The notes below the pieces were generated by a model that had not been told where the DNA came from, did not search any database, and saw only the letters and a program-made list of their open reading frames with translations. From Acidobacteriota bacterium (lineage in GTDB: Bacteria > Acidobacteriota > UBA6911 > RPQK01 > JAJDTT01), in contig OZ242374.1 of assembly GCA_965209055.1 (NCBI GenBank), forward strand, positions 3,168,001 to 3,232,000: 64,000 bases of DNA, read 5' to 3'. The first letter of the stretch is position 1, and each line of letters begins with the position of its first letter. Below are positions 51,126 to 60,345 of this stretch, one piece after another. The position numbers were made by a program, and so were the translations under genes.

Positions 51126-51729
51126 CGTTCTCCCTCGGATTCACTCCCGAACCCCAGCAGTGTCGGGTTCTCTTGGATGGCCACGTCAAGCCTGTGGGCC
51201 TTGGCCTGTTGCTTCCGCCATTGGTTTGTCTGCCTGTCATCCTGCTTGCTGTCTTTATTCTCCCTTCGCCCGAGACGATTTCCCCGAACCGGGCCACAGC
51301 AAAAATACGACATGCGGTGCGCCGGTGCACACCTCGTTGGGATAGGTTGCAATCTTACCGAGATTGTCGGCCCGCACTTGTCCGATTGGCGCGAGAGCCG
51401 GTAGGGGGATTCCGATTGGACAGGAAGACGTCAGGGGCGCGTTGTTGATGGTCGTTCCGACGGAGTTCCGTCACCGGCAGTTCCGACTCGGCGATGAGGC
51501 GGGGCAAGCGAGTTCGGTTCGGCAAGTCCGACCCCGCTGACACATGGAGGTGATAATCTCCCTCTCCGGAACGGTCGGGAATAGGGGAGGCAACAGGATC
51601 GGCGGGCCGTAGACGATCGAGGCTGATCCTGCTCCTGGTTTCGCCTCTCAGAGGGACGCCGGTCCTTCGTCCACTCCGGTGATTCGGTTTCCGGACAGGG
51701 CCCGCCAAGTGATTTCTTGAGATCGGACA

Positions 51730-52587
51730 GTGTCTCGCGCCGCGCAGTTCTGCATTCATGATCCCGTGAAGTTCAGATACCGGGGTGTCTGGATCAGCGG
51801 GCACATCGCCCGCAAGACTCCTCGGAGAGCCGACATCGTGGGAGCTGACGGCGGAGAGTACCGAGTGCCATGGGACCTCCTCGCTCGAAACGAAGCCCAA
51901 AGTCGAAAGCGGGTGACTCTGAGGCGAGACCAGATCAAAGCCCAATTCCGCCCGGAGGACGAGGTCTTGGTCCCGCACGGCCGGGGCAGTATCGAGGGCA
52001 CCGTTGCGCGTCTCGGGCCCAAGCGCGCCCTGGTCGCCACCGAGCACGGAAGCTACTACGTTCCGTATGACCTGCTGACTCGAGCCGGACCGAATCCCGA
52101 TCGCGGCGATGCCCGGCGATTGGCCGAAGTTGCGGCGGAGGCCGAGCGGCTGATGAGCCGGCACGGACTCACGGGATGGAGCTTTCAGTTCGATGATGCC
52201 TCCAAGCAGGCGGGAGTCTGCGTTTTCGGCCTCAAGGTCATCGGACTCTCCCGCCTCTATTGCCTTCACGCAACCGACCGGCAAGTCAGGAACACGATTC
52301 TCCACGAGATCGCTCACGCCCTGGTCGGCCCGAAGCACAATCATGATGCCGCCTGGAAGGCAATCGCGCGTTCCATCGGATGCACCGGCGACCGTTGCCA
52401 CAAAGTGGAATTTGCCCCGCCTCGCTATATCGCGCGGTGCATCACCTGCGGCTGGGCCATCAAACGAAACGTCAGGAAACGGGGAGCGATCTGCAAGGCT
52501 TGCAGGACCCCCGTGAGCTACGTCACATACACGAAGAAGCGGTGGGAACTGGCAACAAATGCTACTGACGAGCGGACGGAGGCGTGA
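51730..52587 (+). CDS. SprT-like Zn metalloprotease with tandem SH3-like N-terminal repeats and C-terminal Zn ribbon
   Basis: TILHEIAHAL...H..AW; CxxC...CxxC at the C-terminus. Confidence 0.8.
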   Translation: MSRAAQFCIHDPVKFRYRGVWISGHIARKTPRRADIVGADGGEYRVPWDLLARNEAQSRKRVTLRRDQIKAQFRPEDEVLVPHGRGSIEGTVARLGPKRALVATEHGSYYVPYDLLTRAGPNPDRGDARRLAEVAAEAERLMSRHGLTGWSFQFDDASKQAGVCVFGLKVIGLSRLYCLHATDRQVRNTILHEIAHALVGPKHNHDAAWKAIARSIGCTGDRCHKVEFAPPRYIARCITCGWAIKRNVRKRGAICKACRTPVSYVTYTKKRWELATNATDERTEA

Positions 52588-52752
52588 TTTCGGTGATCAG
52601 TTTTTTTATGAGAAGCACCAGGAATCGAAAGGTTTGTGGCACCTTCAACAGAGATATGAGAAAAGGTGCTGTCTCCGACGGGGCAAGGTTGGTAGCGCAC
52701 GCGACCTTCAGATGAACCTGGACCCGAAGTTGATATGAGGGGTATCGGTTCT

Positions 52753-53982
52753 ATGGAGCGGCGTGGTTTTCTCAAACAGTCTCTCTCAGCCGTTGCCTTG
52801 GGTGCGGCTGCCGGATGCACCCAGGGAGAACACTCAACCGGATCTACCGGACCCGCAAACCCCGCCCATCTCCACCGGGACGCTATCGTCATCGACACCT
52901 ACGGAAAGCTGTACCTGGAAGACTTCCAAAAGGGCCAGGTCGACGCCATCGTCCACGGCATCGGCGTCGAAGAAATCTTCCGGAGCGATGCCCGGGAAGG
53001 AATCATCGATCCTCCCGAGGTCGGCAAGAACATCTGCGACAACCTGTTTGGAGGACCCGAAGTGGTCAAGCGGGTCCTGCAGCGCGTCGACGAGATCCTG
53101 CAGCAGAGCGTTCGGCAGCACCCGGACGCCGTCGAGCTGGCCCTCCGTTCCTCCGACGTGAAGCGAATCGCCGGAGCCGGCAAGATCGCGGTGATCCCCA
53201 TGCTCAATGCGGGCTGGATCGACAACGATCTGGCCGTCCTGAGGATGTATCACCGCATGGGGATCCGGGTCTTCGCGCTGACCCACATCGCCGCTTTCGA
53301 CTGGGTCGACTCCAGCGGGGAACTGAACCCGAAGCCCGGGTTGAACGAATTCGGCCGGGAGGTGGTTCGCGAGTGCAACCGGATCGGGATGCTGGTGGAT
53401 GTCTCCCATGCGTCGGACCAGGCGTTCTGGGACACGGTCCACACCAGCTCCAGACCCATCATCGCCACCCATTCCGGTTGCCGGGCCCTGTGCTACGTGC
53501 AGCGCAACCTGACGGACGAGATGCTGCGGGCCCTGGCCGAGAACGGGGGTGTCGTGAGCATCTTCACCGTGCCCTCCTACCTGGACACCAAGGCCCTGAA
53601 CGACATGATGGCAAGCCGGTTCCTCCCCGACTACACGGACCGGGATCTTCGCCTCGCGCGGCAGTTCTCCGATCCCTGGGAGATTGCCGCCGCCATGAGG
53701 AACACGCTGGATTCGCATTCCTACACCGAGGAAATCGACCTGCCTCCCATCGACGTTTTCCTGGACCACATCGACCATGCCGTCCAAGTGGCCGGAATCG
53801 ACCATGTGGCGGTCTCCTCGGACAACGAGCCGGTCGAGGGCCTGGAAGACCGGTCCCAGTGGCCGAACCTGACCCGGGGTCTGGTGAAGCGGGGATACGG
53901 CGACCGGGACATCCGAAAGATCCTGGGGGAGAACTTCCTCCGGGTCTGGGACCAGGCGGCCGGGACCCCGGATGTGAGTTAG
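52753..53982 (+). CDS. Membrane dipeptidase (M19) family Tat lipoprotein
   Basis: MERRGFLK...AAAGC; GLNEFGREVVRECNRIGMLVDVSH, IATHS, QRNLTDE, KILGENFLRV. Confidence 0.88.
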   Translation: MERRGFLKQSLSAVALGAAAGCTQGEHSTGSTGPANPAHLHRDAIVIDTYGKLYLEDFQKGQVDAIVHGIGVEEIFRSDAREGIIDPPEVGKNICDNLFGGPEVVKRVLQRVDEILQQSVRQHPDAVELALRSSDVKRIAGAGKIAVIPMLNAGWIDNDLAVLRMYHRMGIRVFALTHIAAFDWVDSSGELNPKPGLNEFGREVVRECNRIGMLVDVSHASDQAFWDTVHTSSRPIIATHSGCRALCYVQRNLTDEMLRALAENGGVVSIFTVPSYLDTKALNDMMASRFLPDYTDRDLRLARQFSDPWEIAAAMRNTLDSHSYTEEIDLPPIDVFLDHIDHAVQVAGIDHVAVSSDNEPVEGLEDRSQWPNLTRGLVKRGYGDRDIRKILGENFLRVWDQAAGTPDVS

Positions 53983-54032
53983 ATCCGGCGCCGTCTCGTC
54001 ATCCATTTCAAAATCATCTACGGAGGAAACCG

Positions 54033-54626
54033 ATGGTGGAACTGAACTCGACTTGGAAGAGGAATTTCGACGTCTACGACAGGATCAGGCGGCTGGGAAT
54101 CGATCTGGGGAAGAAGGAAGACTCACTTCCGCCTCCGGGCGCGCAGAACCTAGCCCAGGCCACCTTCACCCCCTCGGGTCTGATCTTCCTTTCCGGCACC
54201 ACCGCCGGCATGGGAGCGGTCACCGACGACGATGCGGAGATCGAGAAGGGGGCTGCGGCAGCTCGCGAGGCGGGTATCGCGCACATCCGCGTTCTGCACT
54301 GGGGACTCCATCCGCTGGGGACGCTGAACGACGTCTGGTACTGCGTCAAAGGTCTCGGCATGGTCAACTCGGCCGGCGGCGGGGTCCTGACCCTCTCGCA
54401 CCTGGTCGTCAACGGTTACTCCAAAGTCTTTCATGATGTCTTCGGCGGACCGCTCTCGCAGTTTGCGGAAGACGGCAAGGATCAATCGCTTTCGGGCTGG
54501 CACGCGCGCAGTGCCGTCGGGGGTTTCGATCTGCCCGCAGGAGTCCGGGCCGAGCCCGAGATGATCGTCCAGATCGATCCCGAGCTTGCTTTGAGAATTA
54601 TCCGGGAGAAAGGCCCTCACGCGTAG
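54033..54626 (+). CDS. RidA/YjgF-family protein (copy 1)
   Basis: RBS ggagg; LIFLSG, VKGLGMVNS, VVNGYS, HARSAVG, EPEMIV. Confidence 0.8.
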   Translation: MVELNSTWKRNFDVYDRIRRLGIDLGKKEDSLPPPGAQNLAQATFTPSGLIFLSGTTAGMGAVTDDDAEIEKGAAAAREAGIAHIRVLHWGLHPLGTLNDVWYCVKGLGMVNSAGGGVLTLSHLVVNGYSKVFHDVFGGPLSQFAEDGKDQSLSGWHARSAVGGFDLPAGVRAEPEMIVQIDPELALRIIREKGPHA

Positions 54627-54630
54627 GATC

Positions 54631-54655
54631 GGGAAAGGGACAGTCTACTTCTCCC
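54631..54655. repeat. Junction palindrome copy
   Basis: gggaaagggacagtctacttctccc, 4 bp after the RidA stop. Confidence 0.8.
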
Positions 54656-54848
54656 TGAGGAGTCGTTTAACAACCTGTTGGTTTCCTCAGATCGTTCTCC
54701 AAGAGAAAGTAGGGCCGAGGAGAGAAAGTGGGGCCGAGGACAACTCACGGAAGTCCATCGTCCCTTCTTGTAGGGCTTCACCTTTGTACTACATCGATAA
54801 TTGTTCCGACTGGCGCATATCGTCTCCTACCGTAGTGTGGTCTAGCGG

Positions 54849-55270
54849 CTAACGAGATCCTTGTACCGGAGCCGCTGTCTGATGGCGCGGTAGGCGACCA
54901 GCGACATCTGAGCCAGCGTTCCGAGTTCCCGCATGTTGTGGCGTCCGGCGGACTCTCCGATTTAGCGGTGAAGATGCTGCACGGAGAGTTTGTGGAAGGT
55001 GCCCATGTGCGCCCATTCCAGTATGGACCAAAACGATTCAACGCCGTAAGTGTGCACCGAGCCCCTGACGCACTTCATGTGAGAATGCTTGACCGTCTCG
55101 TGGTTGGCCAGGGAGGCGTAGGGACTGGCGTCGTCCGTGTAAACCTGAGCGGCTGGCTCGATGCGGCCATGGACGAAACCCTGGAATGCCTTGGCCGTCG
55201 TGTTCGGCGCGACTTCGACGGAGACTCCGTTGGTCCTCCGGCCCTTCACACCGGCCACCACCGTCAAGGG
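54849..55270 (-). mobile_element. IS1595-family transposase remnant
   Basis: QVYTDD..Y, HETVKHS, VHTYGVESFWS, GTFHKLS..HL; ends RLRYKDL; fragmented. Confidence 0.8.
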
Positions 55271-55501
55271 TGATCACACCGACGCCGAACCGGCCCACCA
55301 TGTGTCGTCCGTGTAGGTCGTGAAGATTCAGCTCTATTCTGATACGCTTTCTGTTCATAAGGCCGTGCGCTTTCTGTTTTGTGAGGTGCTGATGGTACGT
55401 CCGGAAATCTAGAGTCCACGGCTTTAATAAGTGTATCTGATGAGAAGTCCGAATCAACATAGCTAGCCGGTGAACTACTTCGAGTCGGAGTGTGAGAAAT
55501 A

Positions 55502-56086
55502 ATGGGCCATTCGAACGTAAGTTGTATTGAGACAAATAAGAACTCCTCTTATTGGGCGAGGAAGCAGTTGAAACACACTGAGTTGCGGGATGCAATTCTT
55601 TCGTCCGATATTTTGCTTCTTCCGTACGAAGGATTCCGAGACTATCAAGGATTGGTTTTTCCGGTCAATACCGAAGAGCTGTTTGCTCAACTCAAGGAAA
55701 CTCTTCCTGACAATATACGAATCGATGTGGCAGTGAGCGATGATGATTATGTAGAATTGTCACTCCGTTCGGATCTTCTGCATATAGCTGATATCTTAGT
55801 GGAATACGTCTTGGCCCCGATCCTCGTAGCTTTCCTCGCAGACTACATCAAAAATCGGCTCCGTCGGCGTTATGACCAAACTAATGTAAAGACATCTTTC
55901 TTTATTGAAGACGTCGGCAAGACAACACGCAAAACCGTTCGGGTATCGTACGAAGGACCTGCAACCGAATTCGAGAAGACAATGAGAGGGTTTATTAGCG
56001 GAATGTCGTCGAAGGTTGATTTGGATACGTCCACTAACGAGGATGATGAACCAATGTCTCACAATCCTGGCAGTGAAGGGCCATGA
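55502..56086 (+). CDS. Hypothetical protein (upstream partner of the SEC-C protein)
   Basis: Low-GC 194-aa ORF; ATGA overlap with the next gene. Confidence 0.7.
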   Translation: MGHSNVSCIETNKNSSYWARKQLKHTELRDAILSSDILLLPYEGFRDYQGLVFPVNTEELFAQLKETLPDNIRIDVAVSDDDYVELSLRSDLLHIADILVEYVLAPILVAFLADYIKNRLRRRYDQTNVKTSFFIEDVGKTTRKTVRVSYEGPATEFEKTMRGFISGMSSKVDLDTSTNEDDEPMSHNPGSEGP

Positions 56087-56931
56087 GAATCGACGATGTC
56101 AGAGAGTTTTTGCAAGGCGTCGCAAATCGGACGGAAGATCCATCGTCCGATATTGCATCGATTCTAGCTCAGCACAAAAGCTCCATGGTGTCGAAAGGTG
56201 ATGACGCTGGAGCGAAGTTGATATGGCGTCTAGAGCAAGCATTGCGAGCACAGAATCTGTACATAGGCGCGTATGCTGCAATGAAAAAAAGACGCTTCTA
56301 TCGTGCGTGGTGCGAACTGGAGAAGGCGGAGATTGCAGTCGATAGTCTTGAACCTCACGAAGTAGACTATTGGAGTGACTTTAGACTTGACTTTATTCAG
56401 GAGTACATTGAGAAGTGGCAAAAACTTTTTCCATACAAGTATTTTTTTAGCCCCGAATTTTTGATGCTCGAAAAGACCTGCTCCGTTTGTCGAGCCAAAG
56501 TATCATTTAGATATCCGTGCGGACATCGGGTAGGAGAGATTTACCGAGGCGAGATGTGTTATCGAATAGTGACGGAGATAAAACCTCTTGGTGCAGCGAT
56601 TGTCAAGAATCCTGCGCAGAAATATTCTGTACTTTTCCTATCCGATACCGAATCAGGAGAAAAAAGAGATCAATACAATTACGGACTAGTCGAGTATGCG
56701 GTACGGGCAGTTCGGAAGCCCTTTGACAAATGGAACGCCACTTGGACTCAAAGGCTGCAGCCGCACGAGCGATTTCGTCACATCGGTCGCAATGATCCCT
56801 GCCCGTGCGGCTCCAACTACAAATATAAGAAGTGCTGTTTGGTGGAAAAAGGCGTGTTACGGCCACACCTACAGTTCTCATTCGAAAAGGCGCCTCCTGC
56901 TGACGTCCCTACTACGTTATACGTTCGTTGA
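56083..56931 (+). CDS. SEC-C motif protein with additional Zn-binding motif
   Basis: GRNDPCPCGSNYKYKKCC; CSVC...CGH..GEIY.GE.C. Confidence 0.8.
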   Translation: MRIDDVREFLQGVANRTEDPSSDIASILAQHKSSMVSKGDDAGAKLIWRLEQALRAQNLYIGAYAAMKKRRFYRAWCELEKAEIAVDSLEPHEVDYWSDFRLDFIQEYIEKWQKLFPYKYFFSPEFLMLEKTCSVCRAKVSFRYPCGHRVGEIYRGEMCYRIVTEIKPLGAAIVKNPAQKYSVLFLSDTESGEKRDQYNYGLVEYAVRAVRKPFDKWNATWTQRLQPHERFRHIGRNDPCPCGSNYKYKKCCLVEKGVLRPHLQFSFEKAPPADVPTTLYVR

Positions 56932-57276
56932 CCAGTAATCTCGTATTGTGTAGCGCGTGATGGGAAACGGTTGTAACCTAGCGTCTGCGAGATCCAGGCC
57001 GTAGCTGTCGCTCCAATTTGTAGCGTTCGAAGCCGTTCACGCAGGCCGAGCCGACCGAGAAATCGAGACTCTACGTCCCCTGTTTTTTCTATTGGGACCA
57101 TTTGGGTCAGTTGCAAGATACTGATGCATTCTTGATGGTCTGCTCCCAGTACGTTACGTGCTGTCGGATTCACTGGCTCGTACTTCTCAATTTCAGTGTC
57201 AGACTTGACCCGAAGGGAACAATTTGTTCGACACTGATATGGGAAGCATTTGCGCCCGGCACATCGTCACGGATGC

Positions 57277-57302
57277 GGGAGAGAAGGTGACTGTTCCCTT
57301 CT
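57277..57302. repeat. Junction palindrome copy (reverse orientation)
   Basis: gggagagaaggtgactgttcccttct. Confidence 0.8.
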
Positions 57303-57307
57303 GGGCG

Positions 57308-57745
57308 TGTTTGAAGGCCCGGACGTGGTCAGGCGGGTCCTGCAGCGCGTCGACGAGATACTCCAGCAAAGCGTGCGGCAGCTCGCGAGGCGGGTATCGC
57401 ACACATCCGCGTTCTGCACTGGGGACTCCATCCGCTGGGGACGCTGAACGACGTCTGGTACTGCGTCAAAGGTCTCGGCATGGTCAACTCGGCCGGCGGC
57501 GGGGTCCTGACCCTCTCGCACTTGGTGGTAAACCGATACTCCAAGGTCTTTCATGATGTCTTCGGCGGACCGCTCTCTCATTTTGCGGACGATGGCAGGG
57601 ATCAATCTCTTTCGGGTTGGTACGCACGCAGCTCCGTTGGGGGGGCGACCTGCCCGCGGGAGTCCGGGCCGAGCCCGAGATGATCGTCCAGATCGAACCC
57701 GAGCTTGCCGTGAGAATCATCCGGGAGAATGGCCCTCAAGCGTAG
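57308..57745 (+). pseudogene. Chimeric dipeptidase/RidA pseudogene (copy 2)
   Basis: Aligns to ~53045-53119, then jumps to 54256-54626 across shared CGGCAGC. Confidence 0.9.
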
Positions 57746-57815
57746 CGTTTGACAGAATGGTGACGGGGATGGGACTGAAAACCAGTCAACTCCCCCCATT
57801 GAGAGATACAACCGA

Positions 57816-59147
57816 ATGCATGACGAAACCCGTGACAACCAACTCATCAAGGTGGCATTGCCCGCCACAGTGCCGTCCCAATCTGCACCCTCACTCGACC
57901 TCATTACAGATGCGCTGGGGGTGCCTCGCGACATCTTAGCGAGTGACGAGGAAATCCAAGAAGCGTGGCGGGGGCTGCCCAGACGTTTAAACCAGATCCC
58001 AGCTGAACGCAGGTCGGAGTCGCTTGCTCGCATGTGTGTTGCCGTGGCCAGCGGACTCTTTGACGCTGCCATTAACTATGTGTGGAACGCTTCAATAACG
58101 GAATTGCGCAACAAGGTTCGACATTTCGGTGTTCACATTGTTCCTGAGATCACCCGCAAGCCCTTTGAGGAAAAGAACCTAGAAGATCTTAAGGATGCCG
58201 AACTCCTTAACCTTTGTTTGAGTCTGAATCTCATTACAGAAGATGGTTATTTCTTTCTTGAGCAGTGCCGGCAAGTCCGGAATAATTTCTCGACGGCTCA
58301 CCCACCGATGGGATCGTTAGACGACGCGGAGTTTCTGCGTTTCGTCAACCTGTGTGCCAAGTACGCTCTATCTTCAACTCAGAATCCTCGTGGAGTCCAC
58401 TCTCAAGAGTTCATCACCGCACTCAAGGGCCGCAAGTTTAGTATTGAGCAGCTCAACGAATGGATTTCGCGCTTAACATCCACCCATTCTGCTCAATTCC
58501 AGCTACTTATCGGAATGCTCCATGGAATGTACTGCGACCCGGCTTCTTCGGAAGAACATCGAATTAACGCTCTGAGTATCTGCCAGCACTTTGCTGAGGA
58601 GCTGACACCTGGGATCAAATCAGATCTCATTAATAGGCATTCTGAATATGTCGCCCAAGGGAAGACTAAGCGCCAAACAGCTTCCCAAGAGTTCTTTAAC
58701 AAACTGAGCCTTCTTTCCCTACTATCGGAAAACGAGCGCCACACCTTAATCTCAAACGCTTGCCGTAAACTTCGTTCCATCCACCAAGGTTGGGATAACT
58801 TTTATAACGAACCTCCATTCGCGGAGAGACTTTTGGAGCTATCCACACAAGTGATCGTTCCAGTCACTGCCCAAGAGGAGTTCATCCACGTCCTTGCCGT
58901 TTGTGGTACTGGGAATCAGTATGGCGTTTCAAATCGAGCGCTGCCTTGCTATCAAAAAATGGTCAGCGGCTTGTCTCCCTTGCAGGTGGCAATATTGCTC
59001 GAAGCTCCAGAAAGGGATCCTCTTCTCGTATTCTATCTTAAGTGGAGGCAGTGTCAGCGTCGGTTTTCCGATCTTCTAAGTCATGTTGATAGAACATCCG
59101 TTCCAGCCAAATCTAAACGGATGTACAAGAAGTGGATGAAATACTAA
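57816..59147 (+). CDS. Hypothetical protein with HEPN-like Rx4-6H motif
   Basis: Low-GC 443-aa ORF; AAINYVWN...RNNFSTAHP. Confidence 0.7.
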   Translation: MHDETRDNQLIKVALPATVPSQSAPSLDLITDALGVPRDILASDEEIQEAWRGLPRRLNQIPAERRSESLARMCVAVASGLFDAAINYVWNASITELRNKVRHFGVHIVPEITRKPFEEKNLEDLKDAELLNLCLSLNLITEDGYFFLEQCRQVRNNFSTAHPPMGSLDDAEFLRFVNLCAKYALSSTQNPRGVHSQEFITALKGRKFSIEQLNEWISRLTSTHSAQFQLLIGMLHGMYCDPASSEEHRINALSICQHFAEELTPGIKSDLINRHSEYVAQGKTKRQTASQEFFNKLSLLSLLSENERHTLISNACRKLRSIHQGWDNFYNEPPFAERLLELSTQVIVPVTAQEEFIHVLAVCGTGNQYGVSNRALPCYQKMVSGLSPLQVAILLEAPERDPLLVFYLKWRQCQRRFSDLLSHVDRTSVPAKSKRMYKKWMKY

Positions 59148-59354
59148 AATTGGATTCTTTTTTATATCGAATTAGATCGACATGGGCAGAATGGCTGTTG
59201 GACTCGAAAGGTCAGCTACGGCGAATGCAATACCAGCGACCGCAATCTCGAGTTGGCCAAGGAGACAGCATCCAAGAAATCGCAGCCGGCGAGAAAGGGA
59301 TATTTGCCGTCTCGTTCATGGCAGAGTTTCGACGGAAGAAAAAGGAGAGCCTGC

Positions 59355-59807
59355 ATGAGGCATGACGAGGCTAGGAATTACCTGGACCGGGCAACGGCTA
59401 GAGTGGAAGCCGAGGATCGGCATCTCTTGGAGGTCAACGTCAGCGAGAGGTGTATCGCGGCACGGCTCGCGATGTACCTGCGGGAGTACTTTTGGGACTT
59501 CGATGTGGATGTTGAATACAATCGGGATGCCTATACAGTGAAGCGGCTGCATGATGTGATACGCGACTGTCCTCGTAACCGCAATGGCGGCCACCCCGTT
59601 CTACCTGATGTAATCGTACATAAACGCGATTTGCGGGACTTGAATTTGCTGGTGATCGAGATGAAGAAAGACTCGGGTACAAGAGGCCTGGATTGCGACC
59701 GTCAGCGCATCAAGGCATTTCGGGAAGAGCTTGGCTATAGGTTCGGGGCCCTGGTGGTTTGCAAGACGGGTGAGGAGTACGCAATATCTGTTGAGTGGTA
59801 CGGGTGA
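59355..59807 (+). CDS. Small PD-(D/E)XK nuclease-like protein
   Basis: RBS aaggag; SERCIAARLA, VDVEYNR, PDVIVH, VIEMKK. Confidence 0.65.
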   Translation: MRHDEARNYLDRATARVEAEDRHLLEVNVSERCIAARLAMYLREYFWDFDVDVEYNRDAYTVKRLHDVIRDCPRNRNGGHPVLPDVIVHKRDLRDLNLLVIEMKKDSGTRGLDCDRQRIKAFREELGYRFGALVVCKTGEEYAISVEWYG

Positions 59808-60028
59808 AGTCCAGTGATACGGTCGATTCGCCCATCAACACTGCCGATGGCTTCGGGAATCCCCCCAACTTTAGCCAGCGGCAACTAAGTTGTCTGCGGG
59901 AATAACCGCACACGGCTCGCGCGGAGTACGTGACTTTCATCTTCTCCATTTTCGCGAGAGGCAAACGCGAAATTCATTTGGAACAGGACGGTCTCGGGGG
60001 ACTGGCAGCTTGTCACGGAAGCGGTAGC

Positions 60029-60053
60029 AGAGAAGGTGACTGTCCCCTTCTCC
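60029..60053. repeat. Junction palindrome copy (reverse orientation)
   Basis: agagaaggtgactgtccccttctcc. Confidence 0.85.
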
Positions 60054-60067
60054 GCGATCTGCCCGCG

Positions 60068-60345
60068 CGCTGGATTCGCATTCCTACACCGAGGAAATCG
60101 ACCTGCCTCCCATCGACGTTTTCCTGGACCACATCGACCATGCCGTCCAGGTGGCCGGAATCGACCACGTGGCGGTCTCCTCGGACAACGAGCCCGTCGA
60201 GGGCCTGGAAGACCGATCCCAGTGGCCGAACCTGACCCGGGGTCTGGTGAAGCGGGGATACGGCGACCGGGACATCCGAAAGATCCTGGGGGTGAACTTC
60301 CTCCGGGTCTGGGACCAGGCGGCCGGGACCCCGGATGTGAGTTAG
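60068..60345 (+). pseudogene. 3' fragment of the dipeptidase gene (copy 3)
   Basis: Near-identical to ~53705-53982. Confidence 0.92.

Noticed and set aside
51130-51729. Short ORFs or possible ncRNA upstream of the SprT gene
   Set aside because: No recognisable motif, RBS-supported ORF or convincing structure.
54702-54739. 19-bp direct repeat agagaaagt(a/g)gggccgagg x2
   Set aside because: Only two units and no assignable function; likely a local slippage scar.
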